Part shown: piece by piece, positions 36,352-45,938 of the stretch
Layout of the letters: each line of letters starts with the position of its first letter
How positions within the stretch are numbered: position 1 is the first letter of the stretch
Source: an uncultured Rhodothermaceae bacterium
GTDB taxonomy: Bacteria; Bacteroidota; Rhodothermia; Rhodothermales; Salinibacteraceae
DNA length: 64,000 bases
Direction of reading: 5' to 3'
Assembly (NCBI GenBank): GCA_913056335.1
Contig: CAJXLX010000002.1
Coordinates: 6,526 to 70,525, forward strand
Program-made: the position numbers and the translations under genes
The notes under the pieces: generated by a model
What the model saw: the letters and a program-made list of their open reading frames with translations, nothing else
Database searches by the model: none
Told to the model about the DNA's origin: nothing

Positions 36352-38028
36352 ATGCCTACAACCAAAACGCGCCCGAAGCGCGCCCCCTTCGACTGGCTCA
36401 ACGACGAAGCGCGCACGTTCCTACGCCGCGGCTACCTGCTCGATGATACCGGCCCCGAGGAGCGCGTGCGCGCCATTGCCGACCGCGCCGAAGAGCTGCT
36501 CGGTATGCCCGGATTTGGCGATCGCTTCTTCGACTACATGAGCCGCGGCTACTACTCGCTCGCCTCGCCCGTGTGGGCCAACTTCGGACTCGACCGCGGC
36601 CTGCCCATTAGCTGCTTCGGCTCCTACATTGACGACTCGATGGAGGCCATCCTCGACACGCATGCCGAGGTCGGCATGATGACGAAAGTTGGCGGCGGCA
36701 CCAGCGGCTATTTTGGCGATATCCGCCCCCGCGGCTCCGAGATCACCAACAACGGCACGTCGAACGGCACCTATCCGTTTGCGCAGCTCTTCGACAAGAT
36801 CATCAACGTGGTCAGCCAGGGCGAAACGCGACGCGGCCACTTCGCGGGCTACATCGACATCGAGCACCCGGATGTCGAGGAGTGGCTCAACATTCAGACG
36901 GAGGGCGACACCATCCAGACTATGTACTACGGCGTGGTGGTGGGCGACGACTGGATGCAGCAGATGATCGATGGCGACGCCGAGAAGCGCGCGCTCTGGG
37001 CCAAGGTCATCGAGGCGCGCATGAACCTGGGCATCCCGTACATTTTGTTTCGGGGGAACGTAAATAACAACAAGCCGCAGGTTTACAAAGACAAGGGCTA
37101 TGAGATACAGGCGAGTAACCTCTGCAGCGAAATCGCGCTGCCCTCCAACGCCAAGGAGAGCTTCGTCTGCTGCCTTTCGTCGATGAATGTGCTGCACTAC
37201 GACGAGTGGAAAGACACCGATGCGGTGGAGACGCTCACCTTCTTTCTGGATGCGGTGATGCAGGAGTTCATCGACCGCGCGTCGGGCATTAAGCACATGG
37301 AGCGGGCCGTGCGGTTTGCCAAGCGCCACCGGGCTGTTGGCATCGGCATGCTGGGCTGGCACTCGTACCTGCAAGACAACATGATCCCGTTCGAATCCAC
37401 CGAAGCTAACATGACCGGGGCCGAGGTGGCCCAGACCATCAAGGAACGCTCGTATGCCGCCTCGGGCGAGCTGGCGGATCGCTTTGGCGAACCGGAGGTG
37501 CTCGAAGGCTACGGACGTCGCAACACCACAACCATGGCGGTGGCGCCCACGAAATCGAGCAGCTTTATCCTGGGGCAGGTCAGCCCCTCGATTGAGCCGA
37601 TCAAGAGCAATTACTTTGTGCAAGATCGGGCCAAGATGAAGGTGACGTACAAGAATCCGCACCTGAAGGAGCTACTGGCTGAGAAAGGGGCCGACACCGA
37701 CGAGATGTGGGAGAAGATTGCCCTGCGCGATGGCTCGGTGCAGCACCTCGATATCCTGTCGGAGCACGAGAAAGACGTGTTCAAGACGTTTAGCGAGATC
37801 GGGCAGATGACGATCATCAACCAGGCGGCCAGTCGGCAGCAGCACATCGACCAGTCGCAGTCGCTAAACCTGGCGATTGATCCGGGATCGGTGCCCGTGA
37901 AAGACATCAATGCGCTCTACATCGAGGCATGGAAGAAGGGCGTCAAGTCGCTCTACTACCAGAACGGCGTCAACGCCGCGCAGAGCTTTTCGCGCGAGCT
38001 GCTCGAATGCCGAGCTTGCGAAGCCTAA
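36352..38028 (+). CDS. nrdA: Class I ribonucleotide reductase alpha subunit (short, no ATP cone)
   Basis: GLPISCF, GGGTS, SNLCSEI, VCCLSS, APTKSSS, IDQSQSLN, KSLYY, C-terminal CRAC. Confidence 0.95.
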   Translation: MPTTKTRPKRAPFDWLNDEARTFLRRGYLLDDTGPEERVRAIADRAEELLGMPGFGDRFFDYMSRGYYSLASPVWANFGLDRGLPISCFGSYIDDSMEAILDTHAEVGMMTKVGGGTSGYFGDIRPRGSEITNNGTSNGTYPFAQLFDKIINVVSQGETRRGHFAGYIDIEHPDVEEWLNIQTEGDTIQTMYYGVVVGDDWMQQMIDGDAEKRALWAKVIEARMNLGIPYILFRGNVNNNKPQVYKDKGYEIQASNLCSEIALPSNAKESFVCCLSSMNVLHYDEWKDTDAVETLTFFLDAVMQEFIDRASGIKHMERAVRFAKRHRAVGIGMLGWHSYLQDNMIPFESTEANMTGAEVAQTIKERSYAASGELADRFGEPEVLEGYGRRNTTTMAVAPTKSSSFILGQVSPSIEPIKSNYFVQDRAKMKVTYKNPHLKELLAEKGADTDEMWEKIALRDGSVQHLDILSEHEKDVFKTFSEIGQMTIINQAASRQQHIDQSQSLNLAIDPGSVPVKDINALYIEAWKKGVKSLYYQNGVNAAQSFSRELLECRACEA

Positions 38029-38070
38029 TCGGATGGGCGCACGCCTTCATCTCCAGATTACCACACGCGG

Positions 38071-38104
38071 CCCCGCGGTCTCTTGTTAGAGATGCGCGGG
38101 GTTT
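38071..38104 (+). terminator. Putative intrinsic terminator after nrdA
   Basis: ccccgcggtctct-tgtt-agagatgcgcgggg followed by a short T run. Confidence 0.55.
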
Positions 38105-38214
38105 CGTGTACAGGGAGGCTCCGAATCCCAAAAAACACACGCCCACGTGCAAATCAGCGTGCCCTGCTGCATATTGAAGCGTTCTCTGTCTCTGTTGGAT
38201 ACATACGCTGTGCC

Positions 38215-39732
38215 ATGCCCCTATCGGATCTCAACCGCCGTTCGTTTCTGAAGCGTGCTGGGCTGCTCGGTGGAGCCGCCGGGTGGGCTGCCTTCACGCC
38301 CGGCTGCGCCAACGCAGGCGCCCCATCCGCTGGAGCGCGCACCGTCACCGGGCGCGTTACCGGTCCCGATGGCGGCGTGGCGGGCGTGCGCATCACCGAC
38401 GGCCTCTCGGTGGTGCAGACCGATGCCACGGGTGCGTTCACGCTCCATGCGGATATGCGACAGCCGTTCGTGTACATGGCAGTGCCTGCTGGATACCGCA
38501 TCCCACAGCACGACACCGGCACGGCGCGCTTCTTCCGGCCGCTCACGGAGGCTCCGGAGCAGACCGCCCTGTTCGAACTGGAGCCCTTGCCTGCCGATGA
38601 CACGCGCCATGCCTTTGTGGTGCTGGCCGATCCGCAGACGATGGACGCGTATGAGATGGGCCGCTTCCAATCCGAAACCGTGCCCGCGGTGCAGTCTACT
38701 GTTGCAGCGCTGGGGGATACGCCGGTGTTTGGCGTGGGCAACGGCGACCTCATGTTCGACGACCTCACGCTCTTTCCTGAGTACGAGCGCGCTGTAGGTC
38801 GCATGGGCGTGCCGTTCTTTCAGGTAGTCGGCAACCACGACCTGAACTTTGAGAGTCCGGCGCACCGGGGATCGTATCAGACGTTTCGCAACCATTTCGG
38901 CCCCGGCTATTATGCCTTTGACCGCGGCGATGTGCATTACGTGGTGCTGAATAACGTGTACTGGCCCGGCCAAGACGGCTTTGGGCGCGCTACCGACTCG
39001 TATCTGGGCCACCTCCCGGATCGGCAGCTATTCTGGCTCGCGAACGACCTGGCCACCGTCTCGCCCGACCAGCCCGTTGTGGTTTTCACTCACATCCCAA
39101 TGCTCAGCACGCTGCACGAGCGACGCGGCACCGACCGGCCATCCCCGCGCAACATGACCGTGAACCGGGCAGCGCTCCATCGGATGCTGGAGCCATTTGC
39201 AGAAGCCCACATCATCACCGGGCACACCCACGAAACCGAGCATCGCTATCCCGCCAATGTGCACGAACATGTGATGGGCGCGGCCTCGGGCGCGTGGTGG
39301 ACAGGCCCCGTGGGACGCGATGGCACGCCACCGGGCTTCGGCGTCTACGAGGTCGATGGCACCGCTCTTTCGTGGCGCTATCAGTCGACTGGCTACAACG
39401 CCGCCCACCAGATGCATCTGTACGCCCCGGGCGCCGACCCCGAGCGTCCCAACGCGCTCATCGCCAACGTGTGGGATGCCGACGATGCATGGCGCATCAT
39501 CTGGTACGAAGATGGCGTCGAGCAAGGCCCGATGGAGGCGTACGTGGGCACCGATCCGCAGGCGGAAGACCTGTACCGGGGCAACAACCAACCCGAGCGC
39601 CATCCGTGGGTGTCGCCCGTGCCCACCGCGCATCTGTACGCGGCCCGCCCTTCATCCGGCGCCGCTGAAGTGACGGTAGAGGCGACCGACCGTTTTGGGC
39701 GCACGTACACTGAGACGCTTGCACTTGGGTAG
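38215..39732 (+). CDS. Tat-exported calcineurin-like metallophosphoesterase (N- and C-terminal accessory domains)
   Basis: Twin-arginine NRRSFLK; ADPQ, GDL, GNHD, H, GHTH motifs; GAWW.G....DGTP.G. Confidence 0.9.
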   Translation: MPLSDLNRRSFLKRAGLLGGAAGWAAFTPGCANAGAPSAGARTVTGRVTGPDGGVAGVRITDGLSVVQTDATGAFTLHADMRQPFVYMAVPAGYRIPQHDTGTARFFRPLTEAPEQTALFELEPLPADDTRHAFVVLADPQTMDAYEMGRFQSETVPAVQSTVAALGDTPVFGVGNGDLMFDDLTLFPEYERAVGRMGVPFFQVVGNHDLNFESPAHRGSYQTFRNHFGPGYYAFDRGDVHYVVLNNVYWPGQDGFGRATDSYLGHLPDRQLFWLANDLATVSPDQPVVVFTHIPMLSTLHERRGTDRPSPRNMTVNRAALHRMLEPFAEAHIITGHTHETEHRYPANVHEHVMGAASGAWWTGPVGRDGTPPGFGVYEVDGTALSWRYQSTGYNAAHQMHLYAPGADPERPNALIANVWDADDAWRIIWYEDGVEQGPMEAYVGTDPQAEDLYRGNNQPERHPWVSPVPTAHLYAARPSSGAAEVTVEATDRFGRTYTETLALG

Positions 39733-39788
39733 TGCTGTGTTGTGTCACAGGTCAATGTTTGGGGGAGCAACGCACCCCTCTCGGACAC

Positions 39789-39976
39789 TGTCATCTTGAG
39801 CGGCGCAGATGCGCCAAGCATCTGCAGAGTCCTGACACGAGCGAAGCGACTGATGAACGCAGTGAATAAAGATCTCCTACACACAAGGCACAGTCTCGCA
39901 CCTATTACGTACCCGGCAACCGAGCCGGAGATGGTTCGACTCTCGGCTCCTTCGTCGCCTTTCGCTCACCATGACA
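39789..39976. repeat. REP/MITE-like element with TGTCAT..TGAGCG terminal inverted repeats
   Basis: tgtcatcttgagcg (39789-39802) versus cgctcaccatgaca (39963-39976), 12/14 inverted match; lies between convergent genes. Confidence 0.6.
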
Positions 39977-40025
39977 GGCTTCGTGGGGGAATACATGCAG
40001 AGCACGTCTCAGAATCGGCGGGGTG

Positions 40026-40430
40026 CTATGCGAGCGCGGGGGCCAGTGCCTGTATGAGCATGTGGGCATCTGCCAGGCGGGCGCGGGCGGTGGCGTCATT
40101 GGGAACGCCCGGCCCAAGTGCCTGGTCGGTGTACAGCGCCACCACGCCGTGGTCGCCGAGCGCATCGAGCATGCGGGCGCGGTCGTGTGGGGCATTCTCC
40201 TCGGGCCAGTCGATCTGCTCAGCCAGGTAGCTTACATCGTGGCTGGCAGGCGGCGGCGCTTCGTGCTGATGGCGGTACGCCGCTTTGAGCGCTTTCTCCA
40301 CCGCGAGATGCGCCAGCACCGCCGCATGTCGCGCGAATCCGCCCTGAAGCAGATGCTCGGCTGCCCGCAAGTCGCACTGCGCCTGCCGCCACCAGGTGTC
40401 GTCTGAAGCGTTCAGATGGATGGTGGGCAT
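40026..40430 (-). CDS. Stand-alone HEPN domain protein
   Basis: W.RQA..DLRAA..L...G....A..LAHLAVEKALKA...PP.SHD...L pattern of class I HEPN; ATG at 40430, 10 bp after the upstream stop. Confidence 0.8.
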   Translation of the reverse strand: MPTIHLNASDDTWWRQAQCDLRAAEHLLQGGFARHAAVLAHLAVEKALKAAYRHQHEAPPPASHDVSYLAEQIDWPEENAPHDRARMLDALGDHGVVALYTDQALGPGVPNDATARARLADAHMLIQALAPALA

Positions 40431-40440
40431 AGGGGTAGTG

Positions 40441-41868
40441 CTACTCGTCAGAAGAAGGCTCCAAAATCCACGTGGCCGTGCGGTCGAGCACCTCGGGCGC
40501 GATGGTCTCCTCAATCTGTGCATATTCGCTGGGCGCACCGGTGTCAGCGTTTTGGAAGATATGATTCAGTTCGCTGAGCACCACCACGTCGTAGGTGGAG
40601 GTGGGCGCAGTGCGCAAAGCGGATTCGAGCGGCTCCGCATTCAAGTTGGGACGTACCTGCTGGTCGTGCTCGCCAAGGAGCGCAAGCACCGGCTGCGTAA
40701 GTTGCTGTAGGTCGGAGGCCGGGTCATACCGCACGAAGAATCGAAACCACGGATCCAGCAGGCCGCGGATTTCGCGGTCGACGCGGTCGCCCTGCCTCAC
40801 GCCGCTTGTCTCGGTGATAAGCGTACGCAGTTCACGAGCAATGGTCGTGGAATCGGCGTCTTGCTTCACGATGTCGAAGACGCGCTGCTGCGTTTCCAAC
40901 TGCGCATCGACGCGCGGCCCTTCGGCGCCCGCCCGCTCGGCGCTGGCCGCGAGCTGATCGCTAAGCACCGCATCTCCAGCCACACCGGGGCTCCCCAGCA
41001 ACACAAGCAGATCAACCAGATCGGGGTAGCGCGCACCGAGGTAGCCAGCAATAAGTCCGCCCTCGCTGTGCCCCACAATGCCAATGCGCTCAGCATCGAC
41101 TTCGGGGCGGTCTTCCAGATAGGTGAGCGCGCCGCGCACGTCGTCGGCGAGCATGGGCGTGGTGGCGCCCCGCAGCGTGCTCTCGGACTCGCCCTGTCCA
41201 CGCTCGTCGTAGCGCAGCACCGCGATGCCTTGCCGCGTGAGGTAGTCGGCGAGTACGGTGAGCGTCTCGTGACCTGCGGTTTCGCCGGTGCGCGTGTGTG
41301 GCCCGGAGCCTGACACCAGCACCACAGCGGGCACGGGCGCGCTGGCCTCTGGATGTGAGAATGTACCGGCCAGCGTGTGGCGCTCGGTGGCTGTCGGGAA
41401 GGTCACGTCTTCAGTCGCGTACGGGAATGGGGCCTTGGGCTGCTGCGGGCGGCTCACCTGCGAGGGCGTGTCGGTGCGCGCCAGCGTAAGGTCAGGTTCA
41501 ATCCCGCCCTGAATCCAGGTGCCCTGTACCGTATCGGGGGCCGTTCGCACGCCTGCGTAGCGTCCGGCAATGGACGGTACGGCAAGCGTGAGGCTATCGC
41601 CCGTGGCGATGATGTCATCCAGCGGAATGCCCGAGGCGCCCTGATCGGGGCTGTCCATGGTGCCGGTGAGGCCGCTGTCGGTGCGGTCGAGGTGCAGCAC
41701 CACGCGCAGCTCGGTGCCGGACACATGCAACGTGCCCTCCCAGCTTCCGACCCACACCGTGTCGGACGGAGAGGTGGCGGAGCCCGACTGGGCATGTAGG
41801 GGGAGGCTCAGGCTTCCGCCTCCAAGAAGGGAAGCAAACAAGATAGCAACCAGCAAACGCGTTGGCAT
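40441..41868 (-). CDS. Secreted alpha/beta hydrolase (peptidase S9/S15-like)
   Basis: Signal peptide; W.G.L...DSPDQG N-domain; VSGSGP, LRYDERG.GES, nucleophile GHSEGG, G..D.QV, LNHIFQ. Confidence 0.9.
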   Translation of the reverse strand: MPTRLLVAILFASLLGGGSLSLPLHAQSGSATSPSDTVWVGSWEGTLHVSGTELRVVLHLDRTDSGLTGTMDSPDQGASGIPLDDIIATGDSLTLAVPSIAGRYAGVRTAPDTVQGTWIQGGIEPDLTLARTDTPSQVSRPQQPKAPFPYATEDVTFPTATERHTLAGTFSHPEASAPVPAVVLVSGSGPHTRTGETAGHETLTVLADYLTRQGIAVLRYDERGQGESESTLRGATTPMLADDVRGALTYLEDRPEVDAERIGIVGHSEGGLIAGYLGARYPDLVDLLVLLGSPGVAGDAVLSDQLAASAERAGAEGPRVDAQLETQQRVFDIVKQDADSTTIARELRTLITETSGVRQGDRVDREIRGLLDPWFRFFVRYDPASDLQQLTQPVLALLGEHDQQVRPNLNAEPLESALRTAPTSTYDVVVLSELNHIFQNADTGAPSEYAQIEETIAPEVLDRTATWILEPSSDE

Positions 41869-41934
41869 AACGATAGGGGGCAAGCAAAGCAAAACACATC
41901 CGCCTGTAACGGACCGGCGTAGCGCAAGTGCCGG

Positions 41935-43017
41935 TTAGGCCGACGTGTTAAGCTCAGCGGGGCTACTTTCGAGCACTACGCCCGGCTCCAGCGGGCGGAT
42001 GTAGACGTCGTCGCCGGGCTGGAAGGAGAAGCGGTTAGAGGTGTGCACGAGATACTCGCTGCTGTCGCAAGCCACACGATAGGTGATGTCGTGCCCCTTG
42101 AACGCGCGGTCGATGACGGTGCCCGGCGTGCAGCCATCGGGGTCGGGCACGTTCTGCGGCGCGGCCAGCGTGAGATGCTCCGGACGCAGCGACACGAGCA
42201 CGCGCCCCGAGGCCGGGCGGTTCAGCGGCAAGCGTCCGATGGGCGTGTCGGCTTCGGTGCCGTCGGCATCGGACATGAGCAGGTTGGTGCGGCCCAGAAA
42301 CTGCGCGACGAAGAGGGTGCGGGGCTCGTAGTAGACCTCCTCGGGCGTGCCCACCTGCTCAATGCGTCCGCGCCGCATAACGGCCACGCGATCGGCAAAG
42401 GAGAGCGCCTCTTCCTGGTCGTGCGTTACGAGCACAGCGCTCAGGCCGTTGTCTTTGAGCAGCGTGCGCACCTCTTGGCGCGTGGTTTGGCGCAGCAGCG
42501 CATCCAGATTCGAGAAGGGCTCATCGAGCAGCAGCAGGTCGGGCTTGGGAGCCAGGGCCCGAGCCAGCGCCACGCGCTGCTGCTGTCCCCCCGACAGGTG
42601 ATGCGGCGTGCGATCGGCGTAGCCTTGCAGGCCCACCATCTGGAGCGCTTTGCGGGCGCGGCCTTCTTTGTCAGGGACGTCGGTGTGGTAGCGGAGGCCG
42701 AACATCACGTTTTTGAGCACGCTCAGGTGCGGAAAGAGCGCGTAGTCTTGGAAGACGAGCCCAATGCCCCGGCGCTCGGCGGGGATGTGGGTATCGTGGT
42801 TAGCCAGGATGCGATCGCGCATTACGACAGATCCGGCAGAGAGGCGCTCGAATCCGGCAATGCAGCGCAGCATGGTGGTTTTTCCGCATCCGCTGGGCCC
42901 GAGCACGGCAAGGATCTCGCCATCGGCCACCTGAAACGAGACCTGGTCGACCGCGAGCGGCCCCTCGGCGGTATACGACTTCGTGATGGCATCAACAGAA
43001 AGAATCGGGTCAGTCAT
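41935..43017 (-). CDS. fbpC: Fe3+ ABC transporter ATP-binding protein
   Basis: GPSGCGKTT, VFQDYALFPHL, LSGGQQQRVALARAL, LLLDEPFSNLD, TOBE tail. Confidence 0.9.
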   Translation of the reverse strand: MTDPILSVDAITKSYTAEGPLAVDQVSFQVADGEILAVLGPSGCGKTTMLRCIAGFERLSAGSVVMRDRILANHDTHIPAERRGIGLVFQDYALFPHLSVLKNVMFGLRYHTDVPDKEGRARKALQMVGLQGYADRTPHHLSGGQQQRVALARALAPKPDLLLLDEPFSNLDALLRQTTRQEVRTLLKDNGLSAVLVTHDQEEALSFADRVAVMRRGRIEQVGTPEEVYYEPRTLFVAQFLGRTNLLMSDADGTEADTPIGRLPLNRPASGRVLVSLRPEHLTLAAPQNVPDPDGCTPGTVIDRAFKGHDITYRVACDSSEYLVHTSNRFSFQPGDDVYIRPLEPGVVLESSPAELNTSA

Positions 43018-43078
43018 AACCAGCGCGCGGCCTGTACGGCTTAGCGGCTACACAAAAGAGAGCGGCCAGTAGATGCTG

Positions 43079-44698
43079 TTACGACATGGGAGCGGCGTGC
43101 GTTTGACGGCTCGTTGTTTTTTCGCGAACGAGCAACAGGCCCACAAACAGGGCCGAAAAGCCCATGATGGCCAGCGCGTACGGCGCAGCATCCGCAAACA
43201 TGGCCTCGTTGGCGTAGCTCCATACGTTCAGTGCAAGCGGATCGAACCCCAGCGGCGAGAGCAGAAAGGTGAGGGGCAGCTCCTTCATTGCCGAAAGGAA
43301 GACAAACGCCACGCTTACAATGAGCCCCGGGCGCAAGAGCGGAAGCGTCACACTCACAAAGGCGTGCAGTGGCGTACGCCCGAGCGAGCGGGCGGCCTCT
43401 TCGATGTTCGGCGGGGCCTGGTAGAGCGCACTGCGGATGGGACCTACGGCCTCGGCCATAAAGTGCAGCGCGTAGGCCACCACGAGCAATCCGAGCGTCT
43501 GGTACGCGATGGGGAGCACCTGCAGCGTAAACACGATGAGCGCCAGCGCAAAAGCGAGCGGCGGCGTGGCGTAGCCCAGATACGCGATGCGCTCCAGCCC
43601 CGCCGTAAGCTGCGAGGGCATGCGCACGCTCAGGTAGGCCACCGGCAGCGCCAGACCAGCCGCCAGGAAAGCAGCAGGCGCCGAAGCCGAGAACGAATCC
43701 CAGAGCGCCGTGCCAAGTCCGCCCCACGGCACACCGGTTTGTGCAGCCGAGGCCATCCAGTACACGACGGTGCCCGCCGGAATGACCACCGAGGTCAGGG
43801 CAATGAACCCGACCACCCCATAAGCGGGCCCGGTCCATGCCCCGAGGGAAACAGGCGTAGCCGGACGTCCGGTGCCTGTGCCGGTGCGGTGGTAGAGCAG
43901 GCCCTTGAGCAGTCGAGCTTCCAGCACGAGCACCGCGATGGTAAGCGCCAGCAGCATCAGGGCCAGGCAGGCGGCGTAGATGCGGTCGTACGAGGCGGTG
44001 TACTGCAGATAGAGCGCGTAGCTGAACGTCTCAAAGCGCATCAGCGACACGACGCCGAAATCGCCCAACACGTGCAGCCCCACGAGCAGTCCGCCCGCCA
44101 GGAGCGCGGGGCGCAGCTGCGGCAGCACCACCCGCCAGAACACCTGGTGGCGTGGATAGCCCAGCGCCTGGGCCGACTCCTCGATCGCCGGATCGAGCCC
44201 CAGGAGCGCGGTACGCAGGTTCAGGAAGAGATACGGAAACGTGCCCAGGCTAAGCGCCGCCCAGGCGCCCCAGTAACCGTGCAGCCGGTCGATGGGCAGT
44301 CCTACAACCTGATTGAGCACGCCTTGACTGCCGGTGGCCCCCAACAGTGCATAAGCCATCACATATCCAGGAATGGCCAGGGGCAGCACGCCCAGCCACG
44401 TCATGATGCGCGTGCCCGGCAGGGTGGTACGTGCTGTGAGCCACGCCAGGGGAAACGCCAGCAGCATGGTGCCCACGAGTACGCCCCCGGTAAGCGCAAC
44501 CGTATTCCAGAGCAGTTCCAGCGTCCGCATCCGCACAACAAGGCGGTACAGCACATCGGGGTCGGCCTGGGCGGCGCGCACCAAGAGGTAGGCCAGTGGA
44601 ATGAGCACCCCAACGACCACAAGCGCGACCGGCACCAGAAGGTACCACCGGTCGCGCAAGTGATCGCGCCAGAACGTCATCCAGCGAGTGGGGAGCAC
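43079..44698 (-). CDS. fbpB: Fe3+ ABC transporter permease (duplicated TM module)
   Basis: About 12 TM; two EAA loops (IEESAQALG; IEEAARSLG); MKELP.T.LL. Start may be 44680. Confidence 0.9.
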   Translation of the reverse strand: MLPTRWMTFWRDHLRDRWYLLVPVALVVVGVLIPLAYLLVRAAQADPDVLYRLVVRMRTLELLWNTVALTGGVLVGTMLLAFPLAWLTARTTLPGTRIMTWLGVLPLAIPGYVMAYALLGATGSQGVLNQVVGLPIDRLHGYWGAWAALSLGTFPYLFLNLRTALLGLDPAIEESAQALGYPRHQVFWRVVLPQLRPALLAGGLLVGLHVLGDFGVVSLMRFETFSYALYLQYTASYDRIYAACLALMLLALTIAVLVLEARLLKGLLYHRTGTGTGRPATPVSLGAWTGPAYGVVGFIALTSVVIPAGTVVYWMASAAQTGVPWGGLGTALWDSFSASAPAAFLAAGLALPVAYLSVRMPSQLTAGLERIAYLGYATPPLAFALALIVFTLQVLPIAYQTLGLLVVAYALHFMAEAVGPIRSALYQAPPNIEEAARSLGRTPLHAFVSVTLPLLRPGLIVSVAFVFLSAMKELPLTFLLSPLGFDPLALNVWSYANEAMFADAAPYALAIMGFSALFVGLLLVREKTTSRQTHAAPMS

Positions 44699-44731
44699 AG
44701 TGTGTTTGGTTCACCAACAGAAAGAGCCCCT

Positions 44732-45808
44732 TTACAGCAGCCCCTGATTGCGAAGCAGGTCGAGCGTGCCGTCGATGTTGCGGAGCTGCTCCAGATCGAA
44801 TTCGGGACTGGTTTGCAGGGCTTCGTCAACAGGCAGCATGTACGAGGGCACGTCAATGCCGTTCACAACCGGATACTCATTCACCGTTTCTGCGGCAAAG
44901 GTTTGCGCATCGGTATTTAGCAGGAAGCGGAGGAAGTCGTATCCGGCTTCGGGGGCAGTGCTGGTTTGCAGCACGCCGGCTCCGGTCACAAGCGCCAGGT
45001 TGCCTACATCACCATTGGCGAAGCGATGAATAGCGATGGGGGTCTCGGGATCAATGGTCGATTCGTCGTCGACCTTGGCATCGCCGTAGCGCTTGCGCAG
45101 CACGTAGTAGTGGTTGGTCAGGCCCGCGTCGATCTCCTCGGCAGCAAGAGCCTCAACGAGCGGCGTGTTCGAGGTGTAGTTATTCGGATCAAGGTTGGCC
45201 TCCACATCCGCCAGCCACGTTTCGGTCGTGTCGGCACCGTGCACCACACGAAGCGCGGTTACAAAGTCCTGAAAACTGGAGTAGGCGGGCGTCCACCCAA
45301 AGCGCCCCTGCAGATTCGACTGCGCGGGCAGATCAAGCACCGATTCGGGGAGCTCCTCGGGATTTATGCGGTCGGTGTTGTAGGCCAAGACACGAAACCG
45401 GGCCGTGAGGGGCGTCCACTGTGCATTGCTCGGCACAAAGTAGTCGGCCATGTCGAGCAGATCAGCAGGCAGGTCGGTCAGGCGCCCTTCCTGAGCAGCA
45501 TTGCCGAGCGCACCGGTGGTGTTGGCCCAGAACACATCGGCGGGACTCTGGTCGCCCTCTTCGGCCAGCGCGGCCAGCAGCTGGGCGTCGGAGCCGTAGC
45601 GTACGCGCACTTCGCGATCGGTTTGCTCGCGGTACATCTCGACGAGCGGCTCTACAAGCGCCTGGCTGCGTCCGGTATAGATGACCAGCTCGTCGCTCTC
45701 TGTATCGGTGGTGTCGGCATCATTGCCGGTGCCGCAGCCCATGAGCGCTATGCTGCTCAGCAGCACGGCACCCAATACGCTCCACACCGTCCATGTCTTA
45801 TTGATCAT
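44732..45808 (-). CDS. fbpA: Fe3+ ABC transporter substrate-binding lipoprotein
   Basis: Lipobox LMGC; L.IY.GR, EG..SPADVF, R.RVLAYN, NHYY iron-ligand tyrosines, EYPV. Confidence 0.9.
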   Translation of the reverse strand: MINKTWTVWSVLGAVLLSSIALMGCGTGNDADTTDTESDELVIYTGRSQALVEPLVEMYREQTDREVRVRYGSDAQLLAALAEEGDQSPADVFWANTTGALGNAAQEGRLTDLPADLLDMADYFVPSNAQWTPLTARFRVLAYNTDRINPEELPESVLDLPAQSNLQGRFGWTPAYSSFQDFVTALRVVHGADTTETWLADVEANLDPNNYTSNTPLVEALAAEEIDAGLTNHYYVLRKRYGDAKVDDESTIDPETPIAIHRFANGDVGNLALVTGAGVLQTSTAPEAGYDFLRFLLNTDAQTFAAETVNEYPVVNGIDVPSYMLPVDEALQTSPEFDLEQLRNIDGTLDLLRNQGLL

Positions 45809-45841
45809 TGGCAGGGGTTGGACTATCGAAAAGATCAGTTG

Positions 45842-45858
45842 TTTAGATCTATTCTAAA
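45842..45858. promoter_or_regulatory. Palindromic operator, candidate iron-responsive repressor box
   Basis: TTTAGA-tctat-TCTAAA, 33 bp upstream of the fbpA start; AT-rich in a GC-rich background. Confidence 0.6.
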
Positions 45859-45938
45859 GAGACGAAGTGGCATAAGACAGCCGTGCCCACGCATCCGCCC
45901 CAATTTGGGCGAATTTCCATACGGGCGCCGCTTCTGTG

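Noticed and set aside
43073-44920. 615-aa plus-strand ORF
   Set aside because: Antisense to the fbpB permease; Arg/His/Gln-rich shadow composition.
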